A DNA stretch of 64,000 nucleotides from positions 1-64,000 of the IMG/VR virus record IMGVR_UViG_3300037507_005588. One strand, written 5' to 3'. The translations under genes were made by a program, and so were the position numbers. Position 1 is the first letter of the stretch; each line of letters begins with the position of its first letter. Shown piece after piece: positions 29,809-40,103 of this stretch. The notes under the pieces were generated by a model. It was not told the DNA's origin. It ran no database searches and saw only the letters and a list, made by a program, of their open reading frames with translations. This DNA is from a virus.

Positions 29809-30086
29809 TTATTGGTTTTGATTGGTTCTAAGATATAGGATGTAAAAATCGGATTCAGTGTCCCAAAATGTCCACCTATGATGTTGAAGGAAAAGTAGTC
29901 AGTTGCCTCATCCTCCGTCATTCCATCATTTTGAAGCAAAGTCAAAATTTTATTGGTATCATATAGTACTCTTAGACCCTCAAAACTTTGAACCAATCCT
30001 ATGATTGCGGATTCCATACCATCTAACAAAATGATATTTTCATCCAAATCTCCAATATCTAAATAATCAAGTTCAGTTTGATTCAT
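29784..30086 (-). CDS. conserved phage hypothetical protein
   Basis: DGMT..EA..FSFNIIG..P. Confidence 0.65.
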   Translation of the reverse strand: MNQTELDYLDIGDLDENIILLDGMESAIIGLVQSFEGLRVLYDTNKILTLLQNDGMTEDEATDYFSFNIIGGHFGTLNPIFTSYILEPIKTNNHWKFLLR

Positions 30087-30477
30087 GACTACATACGTAA
30101 AACCAGACAAAGTCATTAAATTCTATGGCAACTGTTATTAAACCTGGATATTCAGGGTTTGTTTGCATTCTGATGTAACAACTAAATCCGTCTAAATTTT
30201 TACATAACCATTTGTGTTCGTTCTCGGTTTGAGAGACTTTATTTATAATAAAATAGTTTTGTTCTTTTTTACTAAAAATTTTTACCTTAGTTTCATGTAA
30301 TTCTATTAGAATGTTTACTTCTTCCCCCTCAACAGACCAAGATGTTACAGGAGAATTTTCATCAACTCTAACTCCCATAGAAACGTTATGAGCTCGGAGG
30401 TAGTGTATTTTTGCCGATTGAGCAAAAGAAGTTAAAGTTGAAACCAATAAAAATAATGAAAGGAAAAAAGACTTCAT
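30073..30477 (-). CDS. secreted hypothetical protein
   Basis: signal peptide. Confidence 0.6.
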   Translation of the reverse strand: MKSFFLSLFLLVSTLTSFAQSAKIHYLRAHNVSMGVRVDENSPVTSWSVEGEEVNILIELHETKVKIFSKKEQNYFIINKVSQTENEHKWLCKNLDGFSCYIRMQTNPEYPGLITVAIEFNDFVWFYVCSHESN

Positions 30478-30725
30478 TATTCGTAATTCTGAAGAGTACC
30501 TGTTTCAGTAAAATACAAATCCAAGATTTGTAACTTATCTTGAGCTGAGGCAACCTGTTCCACGAATTTATCCATTTCCTCGATGTGTTGAGGATGTTCC
30601 CCTATCCCAACAGAATTGGTAAAGTAAATTTCAAGTGTTGCTAATCCCTCAGCAATTTGTGACTCATACTTTTTTTTAAGTGCTGAGTATTTCAGATTTT
30701 TTTTGTTCATGTAAATAATTTTCAT
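30477..30725 (-). CDS. small conserved phage protein
   Basis: VGIGEHP motif. Confidence 0.6.
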   Translation of the reverse strand: MKIIYMNKKNLKYSALKKKYESQIAEGLATLEIYFTNSVGIGEHPQHIEEMDKFVEQVASAQDKLQILDLYFTETGTLQNYE

Positions 30726-30856
30726 ATATTTAATAAATAACAAAAGGGAACCTCGGGACCTCACCAAGAATAACCAATAACCAAAATACTACACAAAGAT
30801 TTTTGGTCCCGAAGTTTTCCCCTTCTGTTAAATGATACGATGAAAATTATTATCTA

Positions 30857-31300
30857 TCAAGTTTTCTGAATGAACTTTGTTAGATTTTTCAAACGATTAC
30901 CCTTAATGTACTCTCGCACTTGATTGTAAGGGAGCCAAAAGTCAAAAGTTCCAACTTCTTCTACTCGTTTATTTACACTCTCACGGAAAGATTCAACCTC
31001 TTCAACTGAGTTTAGATACTTCAACCCCAAGTATTTTGAACAGGTTGGTCCCACTCCGACCAACATTGAGAGGTCTTGTTTCAAAGTCTTGTTGCAACAA
31101 CGACAAAGTTTTCCGTTGTCTTGAGTCATTTTTGCAACGACACGAATACCATCCTTGTTTGCTTCAATCGCTGAGAGAACGTCAACAACGATTGGGTGGA
31201 AGTTCAATCCTTTGGTGTTTCGGATTGATAATGCTACTTTGCGCTTCAACTTAATGGTTTCATTGTTGAGCGAGATTTCGATTTTCTTCATTTGTGACAT
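30857..31300 (-). CDS. Zn-finger protein (DUF6011-like)
   Basis: CRCCNKTL..GVGPTC. Confidence 0.6.
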   Translation of the reverse strand: MSQMKKIEISLNNETIKLKRKVALSIRNTKGLNFHPIVVDVLSAIEANKDGIRVVAKMTQDNGKLCRCCNKTLKQDLSMLVGVGPTCSKYLGLKYLNSVEEVESFRESVNKRVEEVGTFDFWLPYNQVREYIKGNRLKNLTKFIQKT

Positions 31301-31376
31301 TGTGTAGTTGTTTTTGGTTCTACAAAGATACAATTTTTTTTTATTCTACAAACTATTTATAGAGAAATATTTTTGT

Positions 31377-32558
31377 ATGAGTGCGTACTTTGTAAACATC
31401 AAGCCTGAAGAAAGAGAGAATATCCTTAATAAACACAAAGAGGTTTATAATGGATATCAGACTTTGAATCCAGCCCCTGTTAAGAATCCACAAGATTTGT
31501 ATGTCCAAGATTTGGCAAACGATAAGATGGGTATGACAGTGAATAATCGTGGTGAGGTAATGCCCTACACAAACATGGGAATCAATGAATCCAAAAGGGA
31601 TTTTTCCCCATTGGGATACGCAAAAAGGATTGTGAACGGTGAAATATCATTTGAAGAGGCGATGAAAGAAGCTGAATTACCGTTTGTTATACTTGCTGAT
31701 TTAGTTAAAAAATTAAAAAAATCGAAAGGTGTCGAAATGGAAGAAGGCGAAATGTGCGAGCAATGTCAAATGGAAGAGGGTTTAGAAGATGGTGGTCAAA
31801 TGGACATATCAGATATGGCCTCTTCTATAATGCAATCACAGGAGTTCCAAGAAATATTTCAATTATTGGACCCATCACTATTTGAGGATGAATTTGAATA
31901 TGCTGACAATGTAATTTACAATTTACTCGACAAATACGAGGACGAACCTTATTATGAAGACCTTTTTGACTATATTAAGTATGAATACTCAGAAGATTTG
32001 TTTGACGCTTACAGAGTTACTGTTGGTGATGATTATTCAGACGAAGATTTTGAGGATATTGATTATGAAGAAGTGGAAGAAGATGTTGATGATGGTGAAG
32101 TTGCTTCAGATGTTGAACCGGCATACGATTTTCAATCACATGGACCTGAGGACGTGTATGGTACATTAAAAGATTACGATAAAGAACACCCTCATCACGA
32201 TTACGATTCGATGGAAGACGTTGAAAAGTATGACCCAAGTATGGATTTGGCCAATATGTTTGGAGATATGGAGGACGGAATGGCGTTCAAAGACATCCCA
32301 ACAGATACATTTCAACAAGACGCTGGTGACATAAATAGAATGGGTGACGAAGGATTAGGTCAAGATACTGAAAATGATATGGACCTACAGAAAGTTGATA
32401 CAGGATATAATTTTGTATCGGGTGGCTCTGAAGGTGGAGATGTTTTCCCGAATGAAGACGACATCGACGAAGAAGTGGATGAAGATTTGAAAGAGTCGTT
32501 TACCGAACAAAGGAAATTGACCCTTGAAATGTTCCAAAGGTTGTCAAGATTCAACTAA
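31377..32558 (+). CDS. highly acidic hypothetical protein
   Basis: ORF after TATTTATA; D/E-rich. Confidence 0.75.
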   Translation: MSAYFVNIKPEERENILNKHKEVYNGYQTLNPAPVKNPQDLYVQDLANDKMGMTVNNRGEVMPYTNMGINESKRDFSPLGYAKRIVNGEISFEEAMKEAELPFVILADLVKKLKKSKGVEMEEGEMCEQCQMEEGLEDGGQMDISDMASSIMQSQEFQEIFQLLDPSLFEDEFEYADNVIYNLLDKYEDEPYYEDLFDYIKYEYSEDLFDAYRVTVGDDYSDEDFEDIDYEEVEEDVDDGEVASDVEPAYDFQSHGPEDVYGTLKDYDKEHPHHDYDSMEDVEKYDPSMDLANMFGDMEDGMAFKDIPTDTFQQDAGDINRMGDEGLGQDTENDMDLQKVDTGYNFVSGGSEGGDVFPNEDDIDEEVDEDLKESFTEQRKLTLEMFQRLSRFN

Positions 32559-32564
32559 AAAAAC

Positions 32565-32594
32565 AATCCCCTTTAATTGAGGGGATTTTTTTTT
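32565..32594 (+). terminator. intrinsic terminator
   Basis: AATCCCCTT..GAGGGGATT followed by T-run. Confidence 0.7.
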
Positions 32595-32605
32595 ATATTG
32601 ACCTC

Positions 32606-33403
32606 ATGAGGATAGACAATGTTTATATCATTACGATAGACCACCGACCAGAATACATCGAGGAATTAGTTGAAAGGGCGAAACAACTTCCGCTGCCAGA
32701 AGCAACTCCTATTGAAATAATGCCAGGTTTTATCGGAACAAGATTAAAAACCGAAGGGGATTTACCGTATCAATTATATGAAGGTTGGGATTTAACATAC
32801 AGAAACAACAACAATTTTTGGTGGACAAGACCCGTAACTTACGGAGAAGCTGGTGGCGTGATTTCACACACTCAATGTTGGGAAGATGCTTATGAAAAAG
32901 GTTATGAAACCATTTTGATTTTAGAAGATGATTTTATACCCATACATGAGATTGATTGGTCGATATTCGATGAGTTATGGGACTACGATTGGGACATTTG
33001 TTTGATGTCACACAATTCGTTACATGGATTATATTCTGATGTTGCAAAACCCTCGAGAATTGGTAAAGAACATTTTATCCGACCAACTTATTTTTACAAT
33101 ACTCATACCTATGTTCTCCAAAGTGAGGGTATTAGAAAGTTAGTGGAAGACCATCTTTGGATGTTGAAAAGTAATATTATTGTCTCAGATGAATTTCTTT
33201 CAGCGGTAACATCGTCCCATCCCCGATGGGACATTCGAGAAAAGTATATCTCGAATATGATTGCAGTTGCAACTAAACAAAATTATACCGGACAATCACG
33301 AAGTGAGGGTCTTGGTAACAGTCTAACAGAACCTGAAAATGAATCTAAAAACGTACAAACCATTCAACCGATATTTGGTTTACCAATCAATAGAGCCAAT
33401 TGA
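32606..33403 (+). CDS. glycosyltransferase family 25-like
   Basis: GE.G..SH..W..ILILEDD..THTYVL. Confidence 0.75.
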   Translation: MRIDNVYIITIDHRPEYIEELVERAKQLPLPEATPIEIMPGFIGTRLKTEGDLPYQLYEGWDLTYRNNNNFWWTRPVTYGEAGGVISHTQCWEDAYEKGYETILILEDDFIPIHEIDWSIFDELWDYDWDICLMSHNSLHGLYSDVAKPSRIGKEHFIRPTYFYNTHTYVLQSEGIRKLVEDHLWMLKSNIIVSDEFLSAVTSSHPRWDIREKYISNMIAVATKQNYTGQSRSEGLGNSLTEPENESKNVQTIQPIFGLPINRAN

Positions 33404-34142
33404 AAAACAAATTTTAGGTATTCTCACAACGTATTTTTTGGCAATCCTTAACAATTATAAGTTTGCCATTGCCAATCTACAAGAGAACAAGTTAGCGGAA
33501 ATTTTTACTTCACCCGAAAAATGGTGGTCAAAAGAATGGTCCGATTTTGCTCAATACCATGGTATTTTGAATTTGAATAATTGGTATGAAGAAACAGTGT
33601 ATAAAATAAAAGATGTTACCTTGGATGAGGTATATCCAAAATCAACCTCAATTCAAGTTTATTGTAATCAAAATTTTATACCCACAATTTTTGAAAATCC
33701 AAACTACGCAAAAAAGATTGAAAAACTCGAACTAAATGAATCCACAATTTTCAATGAATTGTTCACACATCTGTTTACTCAGTTCGAATCAAAATACTTA
33801 GAGAATTATAACTTTCTTTTGAAAAAAATTCTTGAATATGGAGATGACTTCGTTGCCGTGAGAATAAATAAAATTGACGACCAACTGATAAAAAGAATAT
33901 TGGATACAAAAAAGAAAAATATTTTTATTTCATCCCCCGATGAAAATAATGTTGTATTACTTAAAAACAAATTATCCGACAAAAATGTTTTTCATATTGC
34001 CAAGATAGTTGATGTTGAAAACCAAAAGGAACTCGACACCGTCAAGATGTTCTATGAACTAAAGATATTCCAACAATTTCAAAATATTTTGATTGACGAC
34101 ACCTTTAGTGATGTCTGCAAACTATTTGAAGTCAAAGAATAA
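33339..34142 (+). CDS. hypothetical protein
   Basis: 267-aa ORF. Confidence 0.65.
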   Translation: MNLKTYKPFNRYLVYQSIEPIEKQILGILTTYFLAILNNYKFAIANLQENKLAEIFTSPEKWWSKEWSDFAQYHGILNLNNWYEETVYKIKDVTLDEVYPKSTSIQVYCNQNFIPTIFENPNYAKKIEKLELNESTIFNELFTHLFTQFESKYLENYNFLLKKILEYGDDFVAVRINKIDDQLIKRILDTKKKNIFISSPDENNVVLLKNKLSDKNVFHIAKIVDVENQKELDTVKMFYELKIFQQFQNILIDDTFSDVCKLFEVKE

Positions 34143-34691
34143 TGATTTTGGTGTGGTGACAATTTTCTTCACCAAAAACAAACCGTCTTCTCTTTTGTGG
34201 AAAAATTGAGTATGAACCCCTTCGTATTTTTCTTTCTGAACGGTTTTTAATGTACTCGGGTCTTTGTGGTAGGTGTGATAATACATCAAAATACTTCCCC
34301 TTTCATTCTTGTCCAAATCTGATTTTGAGATGATATCATGAACCTTAGATTCCAAAACCAAAGGAGCAAAAGTACAAACATTTTTTATATGTTGAGGATT
34401 TGTAATCTTTGGGATTTCGTATATCTTGGAAAAAGATAATACATCTTCATAGTCCAATTCTAATTTATATAACAAATCCAAGAAACTTACAGAATTGGTG
34501 TGGATGTCAAAATTTTTGAGAATTATAATTTTTTTTCTTAGTTGGGGGTCTACCTTATCGTAGATATCAAACTCATCTTGATTATCAAAAATAATGAAGT
34601 AAAAGACATCATTTGACAATAAATCTAACCTGTAATTTAACAAGTCTAATTCTCCTTCAAATTCAAAACAATCTATCAATCTGTTTGTCAT
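34122..34691 (-). CDS. divergent GT17-like protein
   Basis: IDCF.F..ELDLL..RL N-terminus. Confidence 0.4.
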   Translation of the reverse strand: MTNRLIDCFEFEGELDLLNYRLDLLSNDVFYFIIFDNQDEFDIYDKVDPQLRKKIIILKNFDIHTNSVSFLDLLYKLELDYEDVLSFSKIYEIPKITNPQHIKNVCTFAPLVLESKVHDIISKSDLDKNERGSILMYYHTYHKDPSTLKTVQKEKYEGVHTQFFHKREDGLFLVKKIVTTPKSLFFDFK

Positions 34692-34751
34692 AATATGTAT
34701 TTCTTTTAGTTAAAAATAATTATATACTTCATTAAACTAAATGTTTACTAT

Positions 34752-35351
34752 ATGACTTTTTCAGACCCTTTTGTTTCCCAATATGCGCAAAATAAAAGAT
34801 TCTTTATGGATTACTATTATTTTGAATCAGCATTCACTGACGAAGAGATTGAAAAAATTATCGACTTGGGTGAAAACTCAGAATTATTCGAGGGTCTTGT
34901 CGGTGGTTTTGATAACATCAAGAGAAAACATGTGAGAGATTCCACGGTCGGATTTTTAGATTACGATAACAATACCAGTTGGGTGTTTGAAAAAATGGCA
35001 GATTATGCCAAGGAGGCTAACAATGAAATGTGGAGTTTTGATTTGTTAGGGTTCGGTGATGGAATCCAATACACCAAGTATTTTGGTGGAGGAGGACACT
35101 ATGATTGGCACGCTGACATCGGAGAAACTTGTAGTCATAGAAAAATCTCAATGGTTGTACAATTATCAGATGAAACTGATTATGATGGGGGTATCCTACA
35201 ACTGAACGTTGGACATCAATTATTGGAAGTTCCAAAATTGAAAGGGTCATTATCTATATTTCCTTCTTATCTTTTACATAGAGTTACTCCTGTAGTGACA
35301 GGCGTTCGTAAAAGTTTAGTAAGTTGGGTTTCGGGACCAAATTTGAGATAA
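34752..35351 (+). CDS. 2OG-Fe(II) oxygenase (PKHD-type)
   Basis: YDWHAD..RKIS..YDGG..FPS..HRVTPV..RKSLV. Confidence 0.9.
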   Translation: MTFSDPFVSQYAQNKRFFMDYYYFESAFTDEEIEKIIDLGENSELFEGLVGGFDNIKRKHVRDSTVGFLDYDNNTSWVFEKMADYAKEANNEMWSFDLLGFGDGIQYTKYFGGGGHYDWHADIGETCSHRKISMVVQLSDETDYDGGILQLNVGHQLLEVPKLKGSLSIFPSYLLHRVTPVVTGVRKSLVSWVSGPNLR

Positions 35352-35352
35352 T

Positions 35353-35772
35353 ATGTTCAAAAAATTTATTGGGAAAAACTTCTTTGATTATCTTTATGAA
35401 GATAAAAGTTTTATCATAATTTTTCATGGTAAAGAAATCTCAGACAGAATGGGTATTCGACCGAGTGATGAAAGGGAGGATTTCTCGGAATTTGCGAATG
35501 AGTTGCATATTTTCGAGGAGAATTTTCCTGAAATTGTGATTTACGAAGCGGTAGTAACCGATGAGATTGATAGTATTATCAACATGGGTATTTCCACTGA
35601 TTATTTTTGGGACGAAAAGTTTGAATATTTTAGACCCTTTTTTGTGTTGATAAAAAATGGTTGGGTATCCGAAACATCCCTCGATAGTTGTTGGTGTTTG
35701 GATACCCTAATACATTATGCCTCCCAATTGAGACCTGACTTATTTGAACCACCCAGTGTAAGTGAGTCTTAA
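35353..35772 (+). CDS. hypothetical protein
   Basis: 139-aa ORF. Confidence 0.6.
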   Translation: MFKKFIGKNFFDYLYEDKSFIIIFHGKEISDRMGIRPSDEREDFSEFANELHIFEENFPEIVIYEAVVTDEIDSIINMGISTDYFWDEKFEYFRPFFVLIKNGWVSETSLDSCWCLDTLIHYASQLRPDLFEPPSVSES

Positions 35773-36465
35773 CTCAGGTGTACCTGGAGCAATCGGTGAA
35801 ACAAAATGCCACTTACCTTTATCTTTTGGAAGATAAAACAACGTCAAACTATTATATTCAGGAACTTCAATTCTTTCTACAACAGTTCTATTGTCATCCA
35901 TAAAGTGAAGAAGACCACCATATTCAGGTAACCAATTTTTACTCATTTGTAAAACAAACCCTAATGTTCCGTTGGGAGAATCAACGTGTGGTGATAAAAA
36001 GTCTCCCACAGTGTAACAAGCAGCAAATACCTCGTCACTACCTGTATATTTTTCAGTCGTAATACTATTCAAAAAATTCAACGACTCGTCTGAAACTAAC
36101 CATTGTCTAAATTCACACTCGTGACAAACACAGTCAGGATAGTGATTATCTTTTGTTCTGAAAAAATTGTAGGCGAATTTCCCCTGAGAAAATTCAGAGA
36201 CGGCATATTCGTAGTATTGTCGAATCACATCTTGATTTTCAGTGGTATTCCTAATGAATGAAGGTCCCGACTCTTCTTCTTGGGGAAATGTTGAAACGTC
36301 CCACCAATCACTCGGCATTCCATCACTGAACCACTCATGTAATTTTGACATTTCACTTTCTTTCAAGAAGTCTTTAATAACAACGACTTTATTCTTGTGA
36401 AATTCTTCTCTTATTTTTTCTACATCCAAGTTTGGATTGATAATTAGGTCTTCAAAATGTGCCAT
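35740..36465 (-). CDS. 2OG-Fe(II) oxygenase (prolyl hydroxylase-like)
   Basis: FLSPHVD..YGGLL..HFVSP..R..TGWF. Confidence 0.85.
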   Translation of the reverse strand: MAHFEDLIINPNLDVEKIREEFHKNKVVVIKDFLKESEMSKLHEWFSDGMPSDWWDVSTFPQEEESGPSFIRNTTENQDVIRQYYEYAVSEFSQGKFAYNFFRTKDNHYPDCVCHECEFRQWLVSDESLNFLNSITTEKYTGSDEVFAACYTVGDFLSPHVDSPNGTLGFVLQMSKNWLPEYGGLLHFMDDNRTVVERIEVPEYNSLTLFYLPKDKGKWHFVSPIAPGTPELRLTYTGWFK

Positions 36466-36466
36466 A

Positions 36467-37060
36467 TTAAAATTCTGTGTTAAAAAAGAATACTTGAAAA
36501 AGTCTCCCGTCTTCTTTTGTTTTTCCGAAGTAATCCAAAGATACGTGATACAAATCTGCTCTATATAAAATAAGACGATTGAATAAATTTCCAAATCTAT
36601 CTACCATATCCCATTTAGTATAATCTTTGGCATCCATATGTCCCGGTGATAATTCCTTGGGTTCACTTCCTCTGTAATCAAAACTCATTAGTCCAGTTTC
36701 TTTGTGTTTGAAAATACCTGTTCCAGCTGAAATAGGTGCATCAGGGGTTAAATACAAAACACCGGCCCAATCTGTATAGGAATCCGAATGAATCCATGAC
36801 CTATCTTCAGCTGTTGTATATTGAAATGAACCCGTATAATCCCCACCCCAATTAACTATTTTACCAGCAAAAGGTTGAATATTGTATTGGATAATTTGTT
36901 TGATTTCTTCGTTCAAAAATGATTGTGTTCTTCTTCCTGGATAATTACCAGAAACTGAAAATTCTTGACTCAATGCAAAGTCTCTAACCTCATGTGGGTT
37001 AGAATAAAAATCGTCAATAATCAAAGAAGAAACTCTCATTTTTGGTTTTTTAATAAACAT
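36467..37060 (-). CDS. 2OG-Fe(II) oxygenase-like (DUF6445-type)
   Basis: IIDDFY.NP..YPGRR..WIHSD..AGVLYLTP..FNRL..H..RLFQ. Confidence 0.75.
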   Translation of the reverse strand: MFIKKPKMRVSSLIIDDFYSNPHEVRDFALSQEFSVSGNYPGRRTQSFLNEEIKQIIQYNIQPFAGKIVNWGGDYTGSFQYTTAEDRSWIHSDSYTDWAGVLYLTPDAPISAGTGIFKHKETGLMSFDYRGSEPKELSPGHMDAKDYTKWDMVDRFGNLFNRLILYRADLYHVSLDYFGKTKEDGRLFQVFFFNTEF

Positions 37061-37123
37061 ATTCTTTCTTTTGGTAAAGAAAATGATATTTGTATATATA
37101 AATAAACTCTCGATAGATTGCAA

Positions 37124-37432
37124 ATGGAAGTAAGAGAAATTGTTGAAACAATTGTTAGAGAACCCGTCTTAGAAGTACGATTCAGGTTGGATTCTGATTC
37201 TGATGATGTCATTAGAATTTCAGAATTTATTATAAGTGAAATCCAAGATTATGGGTATAATGTTCTTTATGAAGAATTTGACTTATTTGACTATGACGAA
37301 GATGAGGATGATGATAACAATTATGTTGATGATGAAGATATATCCTCTGAAGTTGATGAAGATGAACTTATTTCATTTATGAATGAGTTTTTTATGATAT
37401 CAGGTGACATTCCGGAACCTGAAATGTTCTAA
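37124..37432 (+). CDS. acidic hypothetical protein
   Basis: ORF. Confidence 0.65.
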   Translation: MEVREIVETIVREPVLEVRFRLDSDSDDVIRISEFIISEIQDYGYNVLYEEFDLFDYDEDEDDDNNYVDDEDISSEVDEDELISFMNEFFMISGDIPEPEMF

Positions 37433-37447
37433 TCAGTATTTATAAAG

Positions 37448-37684
37448 ATGGACCTAAACAATATAGATGAATTGATTGACCTTTTCGATTCTTTTGGAAC
37501 CAAAGATTCTGAATTTAATGAAGAGGAGGGTGATACTTCATCAGCGAGTTCATCAACTTCAGGATATCCCACGGTAACCAAATGGGAAAGTGGTGTTGTA
37601 AGAGGTCCCGCAAATCAAATTGGTAATACCAAGTGGAGTGATTCACACAAGATAACCAGAGGTAAGGCTAATACTTTACTCTGA
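37448..37684 (+). CDS. small protein with duplicated KW..RG.AN motif
   Basis: KWESGVVRGPAN / KWSDSHKITRGKAN. Confidence 0.6.
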   Translation: MDLNNIDELIDLFDSFGTKDSEFNEEEGDTSSASSSTSGYPTVTKWESGVVRGPANQIGNTKWSDSHKITRGKANTLL

Positions 37685-37713
37685 TAAAGATATTTATATC
37701 AAAAGGAATTCCT

Positions 37714-38352
37714 ATGTCTAACAAAATTATACAAGAAGGTAAAGATGCTTTAAGTAGAAGCCTACTTCTTATGAACTATAGTAATAAACAAACTTTATCG
37801 GAAAACGTTGCAAAGGTTTCCAAAATTGAGGAACAAAGTTGGTCACAGATAACCAAGGGAGCCGCAACGGGTGCGGCTACAGGTGCTGGCATAGGATTGG
37901 CGGGAGCTGGTGTAGGTGCTATCCCAGGAGCTATAATTGGTGCTTTAGGTGGTGCAGTATTGGCTGCGATTGGAAACCCAAAGATGGACCAAGTAAAAAA
38001 AATGTTTGATGCGTGTAAAACAGAAAAATCTACCCCCACTCTAACAACATCTCAGTTAGATGCTATATCTGATAGTATTAATAATGCAATTCAGGGAGTT
38101 GGGACAGATGAAGATGCTATTTCTTCAGCATTACAACAATTACCGACAATTCCGGATTTGTGTGGTTTAATTAAAGCTTATGACTATCACGGAGATTTAT
38201 TCTCTGATTTAGATGGTGACTTGGATAGTGACTATGAATGGAAACAATATGTGGTGATTCCATTAAGAAATGCAATAAGAAAGAGTCAGGAAATAACCAA
38301 TAATGCTGGACAAAAAAATACAGGTTCAGGTAAAGAAAAAATTGATTGGTAA
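37714..38352 (+). CDS. glycine-zipper plus annexin-like repeat protein
   Basis: GAATGAATGAGIG..; AIQGVGTDEDAI matches the annexin GxGTDE signature. Confidence 0.55.
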   Translation: MSNKIIQEGKDALSRSLLLMNYSNKQTLSENVAKVSKIEEQSWSQITKGAATGAATGAGIGLAGAGVGAIPGAIIGALGGAVLAAIGNPKMDQVKKMFDACKTEKSTPTLTTSQLDAISDSINNAIQGVGTDEDAISSALQQLPTIPDLCGLIKAYDYHGDLFSDLDGDLDSDYEWKQYVVIPLRNAIRKSQEITNNAGQKNTGSGKEKIDW

Positions 38353-38354
38353 TT

Positions 38355-40010
38355 ATGGATAATCAAGCGTTAAAATCTTTGTTTGACAAAGTAGATGCAA
38401 AATTTGACATCGGGACCTTTGAGGAATTCAAGGGTAAGATGAAAACTGCCGACCAGAGAAAAAAGTTTTTTGATAAAGTAAGTGAGAAGTTTGACATTGG
38501 AACTTTTGAAAACATGGAGAAAAGACTTTCAGGTACAGGATGTAACGCTGGCGGAGTTAAAAACAAACAAGGAAAATGTGTTTTCCCGTGTTTGAAAAGT
38601 TTGAAACAATATTTAGTTCCTGGAAGCAAAGGTCAATATAAAATGAGTGGTGGTGAATATAAGTTCATATCATCAGGAAAATATACTTTCACCAGTAATG
38701 ACCCCAAAAAATCCAAGGAAGGAACATGGACATGTAACTCGAACGGTAAAGTAGAATTAGATGGACAAACTTCAAAATTATTAGGATTTCAATGGAAACA
38801 ATCCCCTACTGAAGAGGAAGTTAAAAATGGTCTCAAAATTTTGAAATTTGGAATGAAAGGTGATTTTGTTACGGTAGTTCAAAATAAATTAAAGGAAAGA
38901 GGTCTAAATCCAGGTTCTTCTGATGGTAAATTTGGTAGAAAAACGAAAAAAGCTGTCATGGATTATCAAACACAAATGGGACTTAAATCAGATGGAGTTG
39001 TTGGTAAAAATACTTATGCAAAACTATTCTTTGTTGCCCCAAAACAAGAACCAATAAATCTTAGTCCAGAAACCCAAGAAGTGCCTCAACAAGGTCAAAC
39101 CCAAACTACTGAACCTGGAATAAATCGTGTTTTTGAACCACAAACTCCTGAGATTCAAAAACAATCACCAATACAACCGGTATCACCTGTTGAACCACAA
39201 ACTCCTGAGATTCAAAAACAATCACCAATACAACCGGTAGCACCTGTTGAACCACAACAAACTCGAAGAATGAATAGAAGACAATCACGTAGACAACAAA
39301 ACGCACACGTTGACCCTAAACCAACGATAATAGAGAGTTTGAAAAAAAACTTGAAAACTACTTTAGTGGAAAAAACTAAAGAAAAAGAAAACTTAATCGT
39401 TGAAACCAACATAATCAAAAATAGATTCGCATTAATTTCTGAGGGTCAGACATTCAAGAGTGAAGAATCCAAAATTGATTTAATTGAAAGTGTATTCGTT
39501 GAAACAAATTATCTTTCAATACAAGGTTACAACTCCGAGTTAATTAATGAAGGTTTGTTTTCTTTCATCGGAAGTATATTAGGAGGTGGCGTAGGTTCAA
39601 CTCCTCAAGTGGTTGGTGAATATATTGCAAAATGGTTGACTAGAAAGTTAGGTGTTCCACAGGGTTCTTACATTGAAGGAGTAATTGTAAGTTTGGTTAC
39701 AAGTATGAATATTAGTGATTATGATAAAATATTTACCGATTGTCGATTCCTAACAAATAAATTATCTGACGCTTTGATTGAGGGATACCTGTTCCAAATG
39801 CAAAGTCAGAAAGGTTTGGAAAGTGGTGTTTCAGGATTTCTATTGTCAGCAATAAGAAACTCCATTATTGAATATTTCGCTGAAGATAAGGACGGTTTAA
39901 TTCAAAAACTCGAGGACAAAATTGCAGAATTCCTATGTCCTGCAATTTCAAAAATCTCGGGAAAAGTACAAGACAAGGCAGATGAGTTGAAAGACAAAGC
40001 TTTGGCTTAA
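38355..40010 (+). CDS. multidomain protein with peptidoglycan-binding domain
   Basis: DGKFGRKTKKAV..DGVVGKNT; Pro/Gln repeat linker. Confidence 0.75.
   Translation: MDNQALKSLFDKVDAKFDIGTFEEFKGKMKTADQRKKFFDKVSEKFDIGTFENMEKRLSGTGCNAGGVKNKQGKCVFPCLKSLKQYLVPGSKGQYKMSGGEYKFISSGKYTFTSNDPKKSKEGTWTCNSNGKVELDGQTSKLLGFQWKQSPTEEEVKNGLKILKFGMKGDFVTVVQNKLKERGLNPGSSDGKFGRKTKKAVMDYQTQMGLKSDGVVGKNTYAKLFFVAPKQEPINLSPETQEVPQQGQTQTTEPGINRVFEPQTPEIQKQSPIQPVSPVEPQTPEIQKQSPIQPVAPVEPQQTRRMNRRQSRRQQNAHVDPKPTIIESLKKNLKTTLVEKTKEKENLIVETNIIKNRFALISEGQTFKSEESKIDLIESVFVETNYLSIQGYNSELINEGLFSFIGSILGGGVGSTPQVVGEYIAKWLTRKLGVPQGSYIEGVIVSLVTSMNISDYDKIFTDCRFLTNKLSDALIEGYLFQMQSQKGLESGVSGFLLSAIRNSIIEYFAEDKDGLIQKLEDKIAEFLCPAISKISGKVQDKADELKDKALA
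39133..39257 (+). repeat. 57-bp tandem repeat (about 2.2 copies, EPQTPEIQKQSPIQPVxPV)
   Basis: units start at 39133, 39190 and 39247. Confidence 0.85.
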
Positions 40011-40075
40011 AAAAATTCCCGAGGTAGAACTCGGGAATATAAATCACTTTTAGAAGGGGGGTGAACTAATATCTA

Positions 40076-40103
40076 AGAAAGGGAGTCGTGAGACTCCCTT
40101 TTT
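40076..40103. terminator. bidirectional terminator between convergent genes
   Basis: AAAGGGAGTC-GTGA-GACTCCCTTT. Confidence 0.8.

Noticed and set aside
39133-39257. CRISPR array
   Set aside because: Contiguous 57-bp tandem duplication with no unique spacers; a Pro/Gln linker.
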